Below, in pieces: positions 63,775-64,000 of a stretch of DNA of 64,000 bases. This DNA comes from Candidatus Poribacteria bacterium (GTDB lineage Bacteria; Poribacteria; WGA-4E; WGA-3G). Location: NCBI GenBank assembly GCA_963663765.2, contig CAXXUA010000002.1, positions 96,001-160,000 of the forward strand. The letters are read 5' to 3'. The notes under the pieces were generated by a model. It saw nothing but the letters and a program-made list of their open reading frames with translations, ran no database searches and was not told the DNA's origin. Position 1 is the first letter of the stretch. Every line of letters starts with the position of its first letter. The position numbers were made by a program, and so were the translations under genes.

Positions 63775-64000
63775 ATGTTCAAAAGATTTTTTATACACAT
63801 GATTTGTCTAATAGGTGTCTTTGGAATGGTTGATATTTCAAAATGAAGTAATCCTGTAAATCTAACGCAGCAGGAAAGGAGGAACCAACACGTGAAACGG
63901 AAAAACCCGCCTCAGACTCCACATCCATCGCAAAATCAACATGGGAGTACACACGCACACGAAATGCGCTCCTATTCACTTAGCTTCGAACGGAGAGAAT
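63775..64000 (+). pseudogene. 5' part of a third paralogue, with an in-frame stop after the signal-like segment; runs off the window
   Basis: MFKRFFIHMICLIGVFGMV, TGA at 63844, then about 70 bp nearly identical to 62340-62410; GTG 63892 is open to the window end. Confidence 0.45.

Overview
AT-rich bacterial chromosomal window. The gene repertoire (TPR exoproteins with a HWHGxxWH motif, PhyH, Gfo/Idh/MocA, enolase-superfamily, PorV/PorQ-like and TonB-dependent proteins, dense REP/MITE clusters) suggests Candidatus Poribacteria or a similar diderm; this is inference only. Housekeeping content includes a RecQ-family helicase, larC, a sigma-70 factor, an MsbA-like ABC transporter, a Clp1-type RNA kinase, sppA, a secA/polysaccharide gene run, a uvrA homologue and a tetrapyrrole cluster (hemB, hemL, polyprenyl synthase, sirC-like, ccsA-like, hemA, hemC, cobA-hemD). 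Most notable: (1) an apparently intact IS607 element whose TnpB has Fanzor-type RuvC motifs, lacks the zinc finger, and sits in a frame that stays open across nearly all of tnpA; it is inserted in the GG of the Shine-Dalgarno sequence of a four-gene, seven-domain secreted paralogue array; (2) nested small mobile DNA: several MITE families with clear TIRs and TSDs carry GTAG-type REPs, and a 36-43 nt hairpin-plus-tail micro-module inserts at C^G steps inside those hairpins; (3) three proteins built from one intact and one degenerate domain copy (sigma factor, nucleotidyltransferase, SirC-like); (4) a perfect sigma70 consensus promoter pointing into an ORF-poor gap; (5) two decayed toxin-antitoxin pairs. 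No rRNA, tRNA or CRISPR array was recognised.
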